DNA of 64,000 nt, from positions 25,218 to 89,217 of the forward strand of contig JAFATB010000009.1 in the NCBI GenBank assembly GCA_019244185.1, written 5' to 3'. The notes below the pieces were generated by a model. That model worked only from the letters and a program-made list of their open reading frames with translations. It was not told the DNA's origin and searched no databases. A program made the position numbers and the translations under genes. Position 1 is the first letter of the stretch, and the number at the start of each line of letters is the position of its first letter. Shown here one piece after another: positions 1-9,175 of the stretch. Source of the stretch: Acidobacteriota bacterium (GTDB lineage Bacteria; Acidobacteriota; Thermoanaerobaculia; Gp7-AA8).

Positions 1-322
1 CGACGCCGGCGACGAGCACTTGTCTGCGGCCGAGCGCGTCGAGCCGCGCGGCAAAAACGTCGCAGCCGTGCGCGGAGAAGCACAGCTTCTCGATCGGCGC
101 GTAGCCGTACGTCTCGTCGAGCGCGCGGCGCAGCGGCTCGATCGTCGGGCCGAGTCCTTTGACGTACTGCTCGGTGACGAGCGCGGGGACGCCGAGGAGA
201 TGACAGCCGCGCACGAGGCGCTCGACGTTCTTCGCGACCGCGTCAGCGCGGTCGATGACCGGCATCAGCTTCTCCTGCACGTCGATAACGACGAGGACGG
301 CTTGCTGAGGATCGAGTTTCAT
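1..322 (-). CDS. Isochorismatase-family hydrolase (runs off window edge)
   Basis: Manual minus-strand translation MKLDPQQAVLVVIDVQEKLMPVI...VTEQYVKGLGPTI...IEKLCFSA...QVLVAGV matches the YcaC/isochorismatase pattern. The start overlaps the upstream stop (ATGA). Confidence 0.85.
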   Translation of the reverse strand, partial: MKLDPQQAVLVVIDVQEKLMPVIDRADAVAKNVERLVRGCHLLGVPALVTEQYVKGLGPTIEPLRRALDETYGYAPIEKLCFSAHGCDVFAARLDALGRRQVLVAGV

Positions 323-1233
323 ACGCGATGCAGCGGCTCCTGTCCGTGGAGAAACAGCAGCACGTTCGTGGCAGCGATGCGCGCCATCGCGTTGCGCGCC
401 TCTTCGGTCGCGGAGCCGATGTGCGGCACGACCACGACGTTCGGCATCGCGAGCAGGCGCGGGTTCACGGCCGGCTCGTGCTCGTAGACGTCGAGCGCGG
501 CGCCGCGCAGCTGGCCGCGGTCGAGCGCGTCGCAGAGCGCGTCTTCGTCGACGAGCGGTCCGCGCGCGGTGTTGACGAGATACGCGTCCCGCTTCATGCG
601 CGCGAGCGCGGCGGCGTCGATGATGTGATGCGTCTCGCGCGTGAGCGGCGCGTGGATCGAGAGGATGTCGCTCGTTGCGAGCAGCTCGTCGAGCGGCTCG
701 CCGCGGCGCACGCCGAGGACGTCCATGCCGAAGGCGCGGGCGCGCGTGGCGACGGCGCTGCCGATGCGGCCCATGCCGAGAATGCCGAGGCGTTTGCCCT
801 GGAGCGAGGCGCCGAGGAGCTTGAGCGGCTCCCACGGAGAGCGTCCGGTCTCGCGCACTTCGCGATCGCCTTCGACGACGCGGCGCGTCACCGCGAGCAG
901 TAGTGCCATCGTGAGATCGGCGGTCGCTTCCGTGAGCACGCCGGGCGTGTTCGTGACGGTGATGCCGAGCTCGCGCGCGGCGTCGACGTCGATGTTGTTC
1001 GTGCCGACGGCGAAGTTCGAGACGATGCGCAGGTTCGGATTCGACTCGAGGACGCGGCGCGTGATCGGATCGGAGAGCAGCGTGATCGCGGCGTCGGCGT
1101 CGGCGAGGATCGTGATCACATCCTCCTCCGAACGCTCCGGCTCCGTCGGATGCTCGATGAGATCGAAGTGTGGCGCGAGCAGCGCGCGGGCGACGTCGGG
1201 AAAGCGCGCGGTGAGAACGACGGTGTAGCGCAT
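319..1233 (-). CDS. D-glycerate dehydrogenase / D-2-hydroxyacid dehydrogenase
   Basis: Motifs GILGMGRIG, VNTARGPLVDE, LDVYEHEP, PHIGSAT. Start MRYTVVL at 1233, with TAATG overlap with tetR. Confidence 0.92.
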   Translation of the reverse strand: MRYTVVLTARFPDVARALLAPHFDLIEHPTEPERSEEDVITILADADAAITLLSDPITRRVLESNPNLRIVSNFAVGTNNIDVDAARELGITVTNTPGVLTEATADLTMALLLAVTRRVVEGDREVRETGRSPWEPLKLLGASLQGKRLGILGMGRIGSAVATRARAFGMDVLGVRRGEPLDELLATSDILSIHAPLTRETHHIIDAAALARMKRDAYLVNTARGPLVDEDALCDALDRGQLRGAALDVYEHEPAVNPRLLAMPNVVVVPHIGSATEEARNAMARIAATNVLLFLHGQEPLHRV

Positions 1234-1967
1234 TACTCTTCGATGCCGAGGTAGCCGAACATCATGCGCGTCAGCTCGGCCTCGAGGTCGGCCGGCGCGC
1301 GCAGGCCGTGCGGCTGTTCCGCTTCGAGCACGACGGTCTGCAGGATCGAGGCGAGCGTGATCATCATGAACTCGATCGCGACCTCGACGTTCGGATGCGC
1401 GATCTGGTCGCGGTAGCGCATCATCAGCATGGCCACGGCGGCGGTGGAGGTGCGGTTGATCTCGTGCGCGGCGCGGCGGAAGGCGGGGTCGGGATGCGTG
1501 CGCGAGAACTGCAGCAGCGCGCGGAGCAGGTTGCGCCGGCGGCGGTACGAGTCGAGCGTGCCGCGGATCATGCCGCGCAGCAGCTCGGGCAGCGGGATGT
1601 GCATGGCCATGCACGCGTCGAGAATCGACGCGGTCTGCTCGCGCTTCTGCGCGAGGTATCGCTGCCAGACCGCGCGGAGGAGCGTGTCCTTGTCGACGAA
1701 GCGGCGGTAGACGACGCCGACGGACACGCCGGCTTTCGCGGCGATGGCGGGCACGGTGGCTGCCTCGAGTCCGCCTTCCTCGAGCAGTTGCTCGGCGGCG
1801 TTGAGCAGGCGCGAGACGGTTTCCAGGCTGCGGGCCTGTTTCGGCGGCGTGGCCTGCACGTGCTCGAAGAGCGCGTCGACGTGCTGGTTTTTTCCGCGCT
1901 TGAGCGCCTCGCGCGCGTACAGCGCCTTGACCTCCTGCGTGAACGAGCGTTCCCGGGTCTGCTTCAT
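1233..1967 (-). CDS. TetR/AcrR family regulator
   Basis: HTH TVPAIAAKAGVSVGVVYRRFVDKDTLL. Confidence 0.92.
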   Translation of the reverse strand: MKQTRERSFTQEVKALYAREALKRGKNQHVDALFEHVQATPPKQARSLETVSRLLNAAEQLLEEGGLEAATVPAIAAKAGVSVGVVYRRFVDKDTLLRAVWQRYLAQKREQTASILDACMAMHIPLPELLRGMIRGTLDSYRRRRNLLRALLQFSRTHPDPAFRRAAHEINRTSTAAVAMLMMRYRDQIAHPNVEVAIEFMMITLASILQTVVLEAEQPHGLRAPADLEAELTRMMFGYLGIEE

Positions 1968-1978
1968 CCGCGACTAGC

Positions 1979-2008
1979 TTGACACATTGCGAATGCGAAT
2001 GTACATTC
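1979..2008 (+). promoter_or_regulatory. sigma70 promoter TTGACA-N17-TACATT overlapped by 12-bp palindrome GAATGTACATTC (candidate TetR operator)
   Basis: TTGACA at 1979-1984, TACATT at 2002-2007, palindrome at 1997-2008, ATG 7 nt after the -10. Confidence 0.7.
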
Positions 2009-2014
2009 ACGTTT

Positions 2015-2941
2015 ATGCGAACGGAGATTCACATTTCAGGACTGCGGAAGGTCTACGGCCAGGTGACCGCGCTGGACGGCCTCGACCTCGACATCGGCGA
2101 GGGAGAGCTCTTCGGCCTCCTCGGTCCCAACGGCGCCGGGAAGACGACCACCATCGGCATCCTGACGACGCGCGTGCTCGCCACGAGCGGCACCGCGGTC
2201 GTGGCGGGGCGCGACGTCGGGAAGGATCCGGTCGGCGCTCGTCGCATGATCGGCGTCGTGCCGCAGCGGCCGAACCCCGACCGCAGCCTGCTCGTCGGCG
2301 AGAATCTCGTCTTCCACGCCACGTACTTCGGCATCCCGCGCGCGGAAGCGTCGCGCCGCACCGACGCGCTGCTCGAGCAACTCGGCCTCACCGACAAGAA
2401 GAAGGCGAAGGCGGATGCGCTCTCCGGCGGCCAGCAGCAGCGCCTCATGATCGCGCGCGCGCTCATCCACGAGCCGCGCGTGCTGTTCCTCGACGAGCCG
2501 ACGGTCGGCCTCGATCCGCAGGCGCGCCTCGCGTTGTGGGACGTGCTGCGCGAGCTGCACGGGCAGGGCCGCACGATCGTGATGACGACGCACTACATGG
2601 AAGAAGCGGATCAGCTCTGCGACCGCGTGGCCATCGTCGACCGCGGCAAGCTGCTCGCGCTCGACACGCCGTCGGAGCTGAAGGCAAAGGCGCCCGGCGA
2701 GACGATCATCGAGGTCACGCTCGACCGTCCGCTGCCGGACGAGCCGCTGTCGCTCGCGGGCGTCACGCGCACGGAAGTGCGCGGGCCGGTCGTGCGCGCG
2801 TTCGCCGAGCGGGCCGCGGCGGCGGTGCCGTCGCTGCTGTCGTTTGCGGAGTCGCGCGGCTACGCGGTGAAAGACATCCATCTCTCCAAGCCGAGCCTCG
2901 AGACGCTCTTCATTTCGCTCACCGGGAGAAAGCTCGCATGA
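2015..2941 (+). CDS. ABC exporter ATP-binding subunit (DrrA-like)
   Basis: Motifs GPNGAGKTT, LSGGQQQR, FLDEPTVGLD, TTHYMEEA. Confidence 0.93.
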   Translation: MRTEIHISGLRKVYGQVTALDGLDLDIGEGELFGLLGPNGAGKTTTIGILTTRVLATSGTAVVAGRDVGKDPVGARRMIGVVPQRPNPDRSLLVGENLVFHATYFGIPRAEASRRTDALLEQLGLTDKKKAKADALSGGQQQRLMIARALIHEPRVLFLDEPTVGLDPQARLALWDVLRELHGQGRTIVMTTHYMEEADQLCDRVAIVDRGKLLALDTPSELKAKAPGETIIEVTLDRPLPDEPLSLAGVTRTEVRGPVVRAFAERAAAAVPSLLSFAESRGYAVKDIHLSKPSLETLFISLTGRKLA

Positions 2942-3708
2942 ATGGAAAAGTCTTCGGCGCCCTGCTGCTGCGCGACGCCATCGTGGCGCGGCGCGAGATC
3001 GTGGCGCTGCTGGTCCGCACGGCGTTTCAGCCGGTGCTGCTCGTAGTCGTTTTCGGCTACGTGCTGCCGTCGATGGGGATGATCCCGCGCGGCTACGCCA
3101 CGACGATGGTGCCCGGCGTGGCCGCGCTCTGCCTGTCGATGGCGTCGCTGATGTCGGTGGCGATGCCGCTGGTAGTGGACTTCGGCTTCACGAAGGAGAT
3201 CGAAGACCGGCTGCTCGCGCCGATTGCGACGGACCTCATCGCCGTCGAGAAAGTGATCGTCGGCGCGCTGCAAGGCTTCGTCTCCGCGGCGATCGTGCTG
3301 CCGTTGTCGTATCTCGTCTCCGGACGCGCGGCGGGGTTGTCGCTCTCGCATCCGCTGCTGCTCATCGTGGTGATGCTGCTGACCGGCGCCGCGTTTTCGT
3401 CGTTCGGACTTTGGCTCGGCACGGTGATGCAGGCGCAGCAGATGCAGGTCATCATCAGTGTCATCTTCGTGCCGATGATCATGTTCGGCTGCGTGTATTA
3501 CCCGTGGAGCGGCCTCGAACATCTGCCGGTCCTGAAGTACGCGGTGCTCATCAACCCGGTGGTCTACGCTTCAGAAGGTTTGCGCGCGTCGCTCACGCCG
3601 GCGGTGCCGCACATGCCGCTCGTGGCAATCTTCGGCGCGCTGCTCGTTTCGCTCGCGGTGCTGCTGTCGCTCGGACTGCGCTCGTTCCGCAAGAAGGCGA
3701 TCACGTAG
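2938..3708 (+). CDS. ABC-2 type permease
   Basis: Six hydrophobic segments, INPVVYASEGLR, ATGA coupling to the ATPase. Confidence 0.88.
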   Translation: MNGKVFGALLLRDAIVARREIVALLVRTAFQPVLLVVVFGYVLPSMGMIPRGYATTMVPGVAALCLSMASLMSVAMPLVVDFGFTKEIEDRLLAPIATDLIAVEKVIVGALQGFVSAAIVLPLSYLVSGRAAGLSLSHPLLLIVVMLLTGAAFSSFGLWLGTVMQAQQMQVIISVIFVPMIMFGCVYYPWSGLEHLPVLKYAVLINPVVYASEGLRASLTPAVPHMPLVAIFGALLVSLAVLLSLGLRSFRKKAIT

Positions 3709-3886
3709 ACGGCTTGCGCGCGAGCAGCCAGCCGAGGACGAAGAGCGCGCCGCCGATGCCGAGGAGGCGGACCTCGACGGCGACGTTGTCGTTCATCAGG
3801 CCGTAGGAGAGGCCGATCGGCAGCAGCACGAGCGCGACGAGCTGCAGCAGGCGGCCGAGCGTCGCGGCCATCGTTCCGCTCGTCAT
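3701..3886 (-). CDS. Small two-TM membrane protein
   Basis: MTSGTMAATLGRLLQLVALVLLPIGLSYG...; ATGA coupling to the upstream gene. Confidence 0.6.
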   Translation of the reverse strand: MTSGTMAATLGRLLQLVALVLLPIGLSYGLMNDNVAVEVRLLGIGGALFVLGWLLARKPST

Positions 3887-6480
3887 GGCCGCGGCGAATC
3901 CTTCGGCTGCGTCTGCGCGGCGATGGCGAGGAGATCGTCTTCGAAGAGCCCGTTCGGGCGCTCGACGATGCGGCCGAGCTCCTGGCCGTCGCGGTAGTAG
4001 ATGAACGTCGCGACTTTGTCGATGTGCTTGCCGGCGAGGAGCGCCTCCGGCTTCTGCTTCGCGCGGTCGACGGCGACGAACGACGCCGGCAGCTCGACGC
4101 CGTACGTCTTCAGATCGTCGACGATGCGCAGGAACTTCGGCACCTCGCGCTGCGAGTCGGTGCACCACGTGCCCATGTAGACCTCGATACGGTCGCCTGG
4201 CTTCACGTACGTCTTCATCATCTCAACGACGGACGGGTCGGCCTGATAACCGGCCTTGCGCTGTTCGTACTCGGGAACGCCGTGCAGCAGGCGGTCGGGC
4301 GTCGTCGGACCGATCTCGAGCGGCAGCGAGACGTTGGCGATGTTCGCGATCGCGTCGGCGCTGACGGGCGGATGTTCGTCGATGGTGATCGTCTCCACGC
4401 GGTCGCCGCGCTCGGTCTGATCGACGACGCCCGTCATGCCTTCGTAGACGCGCGCGAAGATCGTGTAGCCGCCGTCGAGGTGTGGCTGCGGCGAATGCGT
4501 GATGAAGAACTGCGAGCCGCCGGTGTCGGGACCGGAGAGCGCCATGCCGACGGCGCCGCGCGTGTACTTCTGCAGGTTGATCTCGTCGCGGATGGCGTAA
4601 CCGGGACCGCCGCTCATGTCGTTGCGCGGATCGCCGCCCTGAATGACGAAGTTCGGTACGACGCGCATGAAGCTCGTGTTGTCGAAGTACTTCTTCTTCG
4701 CCAGCTGCGCGAAGTTCCACGTCGTCAGCGGCGCGTCCTGCGTCAGCAGCGCGAGCTGGATGAGGCCGCGCGTCATGTGAATCGTGGCCGTGTGCGGCTG
4801 CCGCGACCAGCGCACGATCTCCTCGTATTTGTTCTGCGCGCGCTCGCTTGCGATCGGCGTGTACTGCATGCGCGGCAGGTGTTCCTGCTCGACGAGCTGG
4901 TCGGACGCGAAGCGGCGCACGACCGGGTCGGCGTCCGCGAGCAAGCCGATGAGGAACTTGCGGCGATCCGGATGCGCGAAACCGGCGATGGCTTCGATCG
5001 CGGCCAGGCGCGCGTCGTTCTGCGGGGCGGTGCGCTCGCGCTGTTCGATCGCATGCAGTGTGGCCAACCAGCGTCCGGCCTGGATCTTCGTCAGCAGCGG
5101 ATACTTCGAGATCGCGGTGGCGCGGACCACGACGTCGGGATCATCCATGGCTTTGATCACGCGCGGACCTTCGACGTCGATGAACTGCTCGCCGATGGCG
5201 CCGATCGCCGACGCGCGTACGAACGGTTCCTTGTCGTCAAAGTAGACGGCGCGGACTTCCGTGCCGATCGCGCCGCTGTGCTCCGTCGCCTCGATCGCGC
5301 GCACGGCGCTCCAGCCGGTGAAGCCGCTGACGAAGTGCAGGTCGCTGAGCGCTTTGATGAAGTGCTTCGCGAACGCGCCGGCGGCGAGCTCGCGTTCCCA
5401 CTGCGAGCCGTTCTTCAGCACGTCATTCAGCCGCCCTTTCGCGGTCTCGTTCATCTCCGCGTACGCGGCGAGCGGCTCGATCATCGACGCGCGCACGCCG
5501 GGATCGGGATCGTCGAGCGCGGCGAAGACGCGCGGCAGATCGTTCGCGTTGAGGATGTCCTTGTGTTTGTCCGCGAGGCGGCCGATCGCGACGGCGGCGT
5601 TCGTGCGCACCCACGGATGCGCGTCGCCGAGCGCGTTGATGAGCGCGCGCGCGGACGCGGGATCGCCGATGCGGCCGAGCGCGGTCGCGGCGTACGCGCG
5701 CGTGAGCACGTTCGTATCCGTGAGGAGCAGCTCGAGCTGCGCGCGCGCCGGTGCATACGCGCGGCGCGCGAGCGTGTACGCCGCTTCCTGCCGGATCGCG
5801 GGCGACGGCGAGTCGAGCGCGCGCAGCGCGACGACGCTCGCCTCGTCGTTGTCGAAGCGGAAGAGGAAGCGGATCGCGCGCGCGCGAACGCCTTCGTGCG
5901 TCTTCTCGTCAGCGAGCCAGAGGTAGCGCTGCAGCCGCAGTCCGCTCGTGTCGCCCGGCGCGACCTTCGACAACGCTTCGACCGCTTCCGCGGCCACGCC
6001 CGCGTCGGGGTCGCCGGTCAGGTATTCGATCGTGCCGAGCCCGTGCTCGTCGCCGATCTCGCCGAGGGCGAAGGCCGTCATCTCGCGCACGTTGCGGTCG
6101 GCGTCGTGCGCGAGCGTTCCGAGCTCGCTGATGCCGGCCTGCGTCTCGGATGGCTCGCGCGTGCCGTTCTTGTTCTCGTCGGCGAACGCGTGCGGACCGA
6201 TGCGCGCGAGCGCGAGCGCGATGCGCAGGCGATGCAGCGGATTCGGATGCGCGACCCACTGCGCGACGAGCGCGGGGTCGTACTGGCGCCGGTCTTCGAG
6301 CGCGAGGATGCGCGCTTCTTCCTGCACGGTGAAGCCGTACGTGCCGGTGCCGTCGGAGGGGGCGGGCGTTGCCGGCGACGGCGATGCAGCTGTCGCGGAC
6401 GTGGTGGTGGAAGTCGGGTTCGTGGTCGTGGTGCCGCACGCGATGCCGAGGAGGAGCGCGGCGACGGAAAGCTTGCGCAT
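3883..6480 (-). CDS. Lipoprotein: HEAT repeats + cyclophilin-type PPIase + C-terminal thioredoxin-like domain
   Basis: Lipobox LLLGIAC; HEAT-like repeats (VREMTAFALGEIG, TRAYAATALGRIG); cyclophilin FMRVVPNFVIQGGDP...DTGGSQFFITHSPQPHLDGGYTIF; thioredoxin-like GTWCTDSQREVPKF. Confidence 0.85.
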   Translation of the reverse strand: MRKLSVAALLLGIACGTTTTNPTSTTTSATAASPSPATPAPSDGTGTYGFTVQEEARILALEDRRQYDPALVAQWVAHPNPLHRLRIALALARIGPHAFADENKNGTREPSETQAGISELGTLAHDADRNVREMTAFALGEIGDEHGLGTIEYLTGDPDAGVAAEAVEALSKVAPGDTSGLRLQRYLWLADEKTHEGVRARAIRFLFRFDNDEASVVALRALDSPSPAIRQEAAYTLARRAYAPARAQLELLLTDTNVLTRAYAATALGRIGDPASARALINALGDAHPWVRTNAAVAIGRLADKHKDILNANDLPRVFAALDDPDPGVRASMIEPLAAYAEMNETAKGRLNDVLKNGSQWERELAAGAFAKHFIKALSDLHFVSGFTGWSAVRAIEATEHSGAIGTEVRAVYFDDKEPFVRASAIGAIGEQFIDVEGPRVIKAMDDPDVVVRATAISKYPLLTKIQAGRWLATLHAIEQRERTAPQNDARLAAIEAIAGFAHPDRRKFLIGLLADADPVVRRFASDQLVEQEHLPRMQYTPIASERAQNKYEEIVRWSRQPHTATIHMTRGLIQLALLTQDAPLTTWNFAQLAKKKYFDNTSFMRVVPNFVIQGGDPRNDMSGGPGYAIRDEINLQKYTRGAVGMALSGPDTGGSQFFITHSPQPHLDGGYTIFARVYEGMTGVVDQTERGDRVETITIDEHPPVSADAIANIANVSLPLEIGPTTPDRLLHGVPEYEQRKAGYQADPSVVEMMKTYVKPGDRIEVYMGTWCTDSQREVPKFLRIVDDLKTYGVELPASFVAVDRAKQKPEALLAGKHIDKVATFIYYRDGQELGRIVERPNGLFEDDLLAIAAQTQPKDSPRP

Positions 6481-6534
6481 GCGGCGAATGATATGGCTTG
6501 CGCAAAACCGGCCGCCACGCGAGACTCCGGAACA

Positions 6535-7185
6535 ATGTCCGCGGTCCCGGCCGAGTCTGCAGTGGAAGTCGAGGGAGTGTCGCGCCGCTACGGGCGCCGC
6601 TGGGCGCTCGCGGACGTGAGCTTTCGCGTTCCCGCGGCGAGCGTGCTGATGATCGCGGGACGCAACGGCGCGGGGAAGTCGACGCTGCTGCGCGTACTGG
6701 CGACGGCGATCCGCCCCGATCGCGGACGCGTGCGCGTCGGCGGCTTCGACGCCGTGCGCGAGCGTGAGGACGTCCGCAAACGCACCGCGCTCCTCAGCCA
6801 TCACAACTATCTCTACGAGTCGCTGACCGCGCGCGAGAACCTCGTCGTCGTGGCCGATCATCTGCGCGCAAGCCGCGATTCCATCGACGGCATCCTCGCG
6901 GAAGTCGGACTTGCGGCCCGCGCGCACGATCTCGTGTCGACGTTCTCGGCCGGCATGCGCAAGCGGCTCTCGTTCGCGCGCATCCTGCTGCAGCAGCCGC
7001 GCGTCGTGCTGCTCGACGAGCCATACGGCGCGCTCGATCCCGCCGGCTTCGACCTCGTCGACGCGTTCATCCGCGCGTTTCGCGAGCGCGGCGCGACGGT
7101 GCTCTTCGCGACGCATCAGCTCGAGCGCAGCGCGAAGCTCGCCGACGCGAGTCTCGTGCTCGAAGACGGTCGGGTGGTCGCGTGA
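6535..7185 (+). CDS. ccmA: Heme exporter ATP-binding protein CcmA
   Basis: GRNGAGKST, FSAGMRKR, LLDEPY; first gene of the ccm cluster. Confidence 0.88.
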   Translation: MSAVPAESAVEVEGVSRRYGRRWALADVSFRVPAASVLMIAGRNGAGKSTLLRVLATAIRPDRGRVRVGGFDAVREREDVRKRTALLSHHNYLYESLTARENLVVVADHLRASRDSIDGILAEVGLAARAHDLVSTFSAGMRKRLSFARILLQQPRVVLLDEPYGALDPAGFDLVDAFIRAFRERGATVLFATHQLERSAKLADASLVLEDGRVVA

Positions 7186-7838
7186 TCGCCGCGCTGCGCA
7201 AGGAGTTGCTGCTGCAGTGGCGATCGCGTGCGCAGTTCCTCGCGGTCTTCGTCTTCGGCGCGGCGTCGCTGCTGCTGTTCAGTTTCGCGGTCGGTCCGAA
7301 CGCGCGCGCGCTGCGCACGTTCTCCGCCGGATTTCTGTGGCTCGGCCTTTTGCTCTCGTCGACGCTCACGCTCGCGGAGTCGTTTCACGCGGAGATGGAG
7401 AACCGCGCGCTCGAAGGGCTGCTGCTGTTGCCGTCCGATCCGCGCGCGCTCTACTACGGCAAGGCCATCGCGAACTGGCTGCAACTGACGCTGCTCGGCT
7501 TCGCGCTGGTGCCGGTGATGGTCGTGCTCTACGACGCCGGCACGCTCGAGCTCGCGCGGCTCGCCGTCATCATCGCGCTCGGCGCGGCGGGGCTCTCCGC
7601 GCCCGGAACGCTGTACGCCGCGATGACGTCGCAGGTGAAGGCGAAACAGACGCTGCTCCCTTTGCTGTTGTTCCCGCTGATCGTCCCGGCTCTGCTCGCG
7701 TCCGTCAAAGCGACTTCGCTCGCGATCCTCGGCGATCCGATGGCGCAGTCGCGGTCGTGGATGGCGCTGCTGGCCGCGTTCGATTTGATTTACTGGTCGT
7801 TGTGCGGTCTGCTGTACGGACGCGTCGTCGAAGAGTGA
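7182..7838 (+). CDS. ccmB: Heme exporter protein CcmB
   Basis: Hydrophobic; LLPLLLFPLIVPALL motif; operon position. Confidence 0.9.
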   Translation: MIAALRKELLLQWRSRAQFLAVFVFGAASLLLFSFAVGPNARALRTFSAGFLWLGLLLSSTLTLAESFHAEMENRALEGLLLLPSDPRALYYGKAIANWLQLTLLGFALVPVMVVLYDAGTLELARLAVIIALGAAGLSAPGTLYAAMTSQVKAKQTLLPLLLFPLIVPALLASVKATSLAILGDPMAQSRSWMALLAAFDLIYWSLCGLLYGRVVEE

Positions 7839-7847
7839 GAAAAGGTC

Positions 7848-8558
7848 ATGGAACTGCCCAACCATAAAACGGGGTCCGCGCCGTACTGGATGCTCGCGCT
7901 CGGCATCGTCTGCCTCATCGCCGGCTCGTACGTCGGCCTCTTCCGCGCGCCGGCCGAGGCGTACATGGGACAGGTGCAGCGAATCATGTACGTGCACGTG
8001 CCGACGGCGTGGAACGCGCTGCTGGCGATGACGTTCGCGTTCGCCTGCGCGGTCGTGTTCCTCTTCAAAGCCGATTTCAAGTGGGACGCGCGGCTCGAGG
8101 CGGCCATCGAAGTCGGCGTCCTGCTCGCGTTCCTGCTCTGCTGTCAGGGTGCGATCTGGGCGAAGCCGACGTGGGGCGTCTGGTGGGATTGGGATCCGCG
8201 CCTGACCACGACCGCGGTGCTGCTCTTCGCGTTCCTCGGCATCCTCGCGTTGCGGAAGTTCGTCGACGATCCCGCGCGCCGCGCGATGTGGTCGTCCGTC
8301 GCGACGATCATCGCGTACGCCGACGTCCCGATCGTCTACTACTCCGTGCGCTGGTGGAACTCGCTGCATCAGCAGCAGTCGAGCCCTTCGACCGTTTCGT
8401 CGCAGTTCTACTTTCCGCTGCGCGCGAACGCGTTCGGCGTGCTGTTTCTCATGACCGGCTTCATCATGATCCGCGCGCGCATCGCCACGCTGCGGCTGCG
8501 CACCGAGCTCGCTGCGCCGCCGGTCCTGCGCGGCGACGAAGCAGGAGAGATGGCATGA
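7848..8558 (+). CDS. ccmC: Heme exporter CcmC
   Basis: RIMYVHVP, WAKPTWGVWWDWDPRLT (WWD domain), WWNSLHQ. Confidence 0.95.
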   Translation: MELPNHKTGSAPYWMLALGIVCLIAGSYVGLFRAPAEAYMGQVQRIMYVHVPTAWNALLAMTFAFACAVVFLFKADFKWDARLEAAIEVGVLLAFLLCCQGAIWAKPTWGVWWDWDPRLTTTAVLLFAFLGILALRKFVDDPARRAMWSSVATIIAYADVPIVYYSVRWWNSLHQQQSSPSTVSSQFYFPLRANAFGVLFLMTGFIMIRARIATLRLRTELAAPPVLRGDEAGEMA

Positions 8559-8689
8559 ATGGCATCATTGTCGGCGGATGGCAATACGTGTGGAGCGCCT
8601 ACGGACTCACGTTTGCCGCATTCCTCATCTATGGAGTGACGCTGTTCGTGCGGTACCGAAAGGAGCTCGCGCATGACGACCGCCACTGA
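8555..8689 (+). CDS. ccmD: CcmD
   Basis: 44 aa, YVWSAYGLT single TM, between ccmC and ccmE. Confidence 0.8.
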   Translation: MNGIIVGGWQYVWSAYGLTFAAFLIYGVTLFVRYRKELAHDDRH

Positions 8690-9170
8690 GCTGACGGCCA
8701 CCGAGGTGATGCGCCGCAAGTCGCGCCTCTTCATGATCGGCGCGTTCGCCGTCGCCGCGATCGCGTTCGCCGTCATCGCCGCGAGCAGCATCAACAAGAA
8801 TCTCGTCTACTACTGGACGCCGAGCGATCTCCGCCACGCCGGCTCGAAAGCCTACGGCGCCACGATCCGCCTCGGCGGCATGGTGAAGAAAGGCTCGATC
8901 CACAAGCTCGGCGGCTCGGCGGTGGAGTTCGACGTGAAAGACGCCACGCAGGTCGTGCACGTGAAGACCACCAGCGTGCCGCCGCAGATGTTCCGCGAGA
9001 ACATCGGCGTCGTCGTCGAAGGGACGATGGTGCCGGGCGGTTACTTCCAGAGCGACCGCCTGATGGTCTCGCACAACAACGAATACCGCGCGCCCGCGAA
9101 GGGCCATCCGGTCGACCGGAAAGAGCTCGAGCGGCTCATGAAGTCGACCGAGGGACTCGAAGGAAAATAG
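8673..9170 (+). CDS. ccmE: Heme chaperone CcmE
   Basis: YYWTPS, IRLGGMV, PQMFRE, HxxxY motif (HNNEY). Confidence 0.92.
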   Translation: MTTATELTATEVMRRKSRLFMIGAFAVAAIAFAVIAASSINKNLVYYWTPSDLRHAGSKAYGATIRLGGMVKKGSIHKLGGSAVEFDVKDATQVVHVKTTSVPPQMFRENIGVVVEGTMVPGGYFQSDRLMVSHNNEYRAPAKGHPVDRKELERLMKSTEGLEGK

Positions 9171-9175
9171 ATCGG

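Noticed and set aside
8673-9170. Variant (CxxxY) CcmE of System I*
   Set aside because: The motif is canonical HxxxY, and ccmG and ccmH are present.
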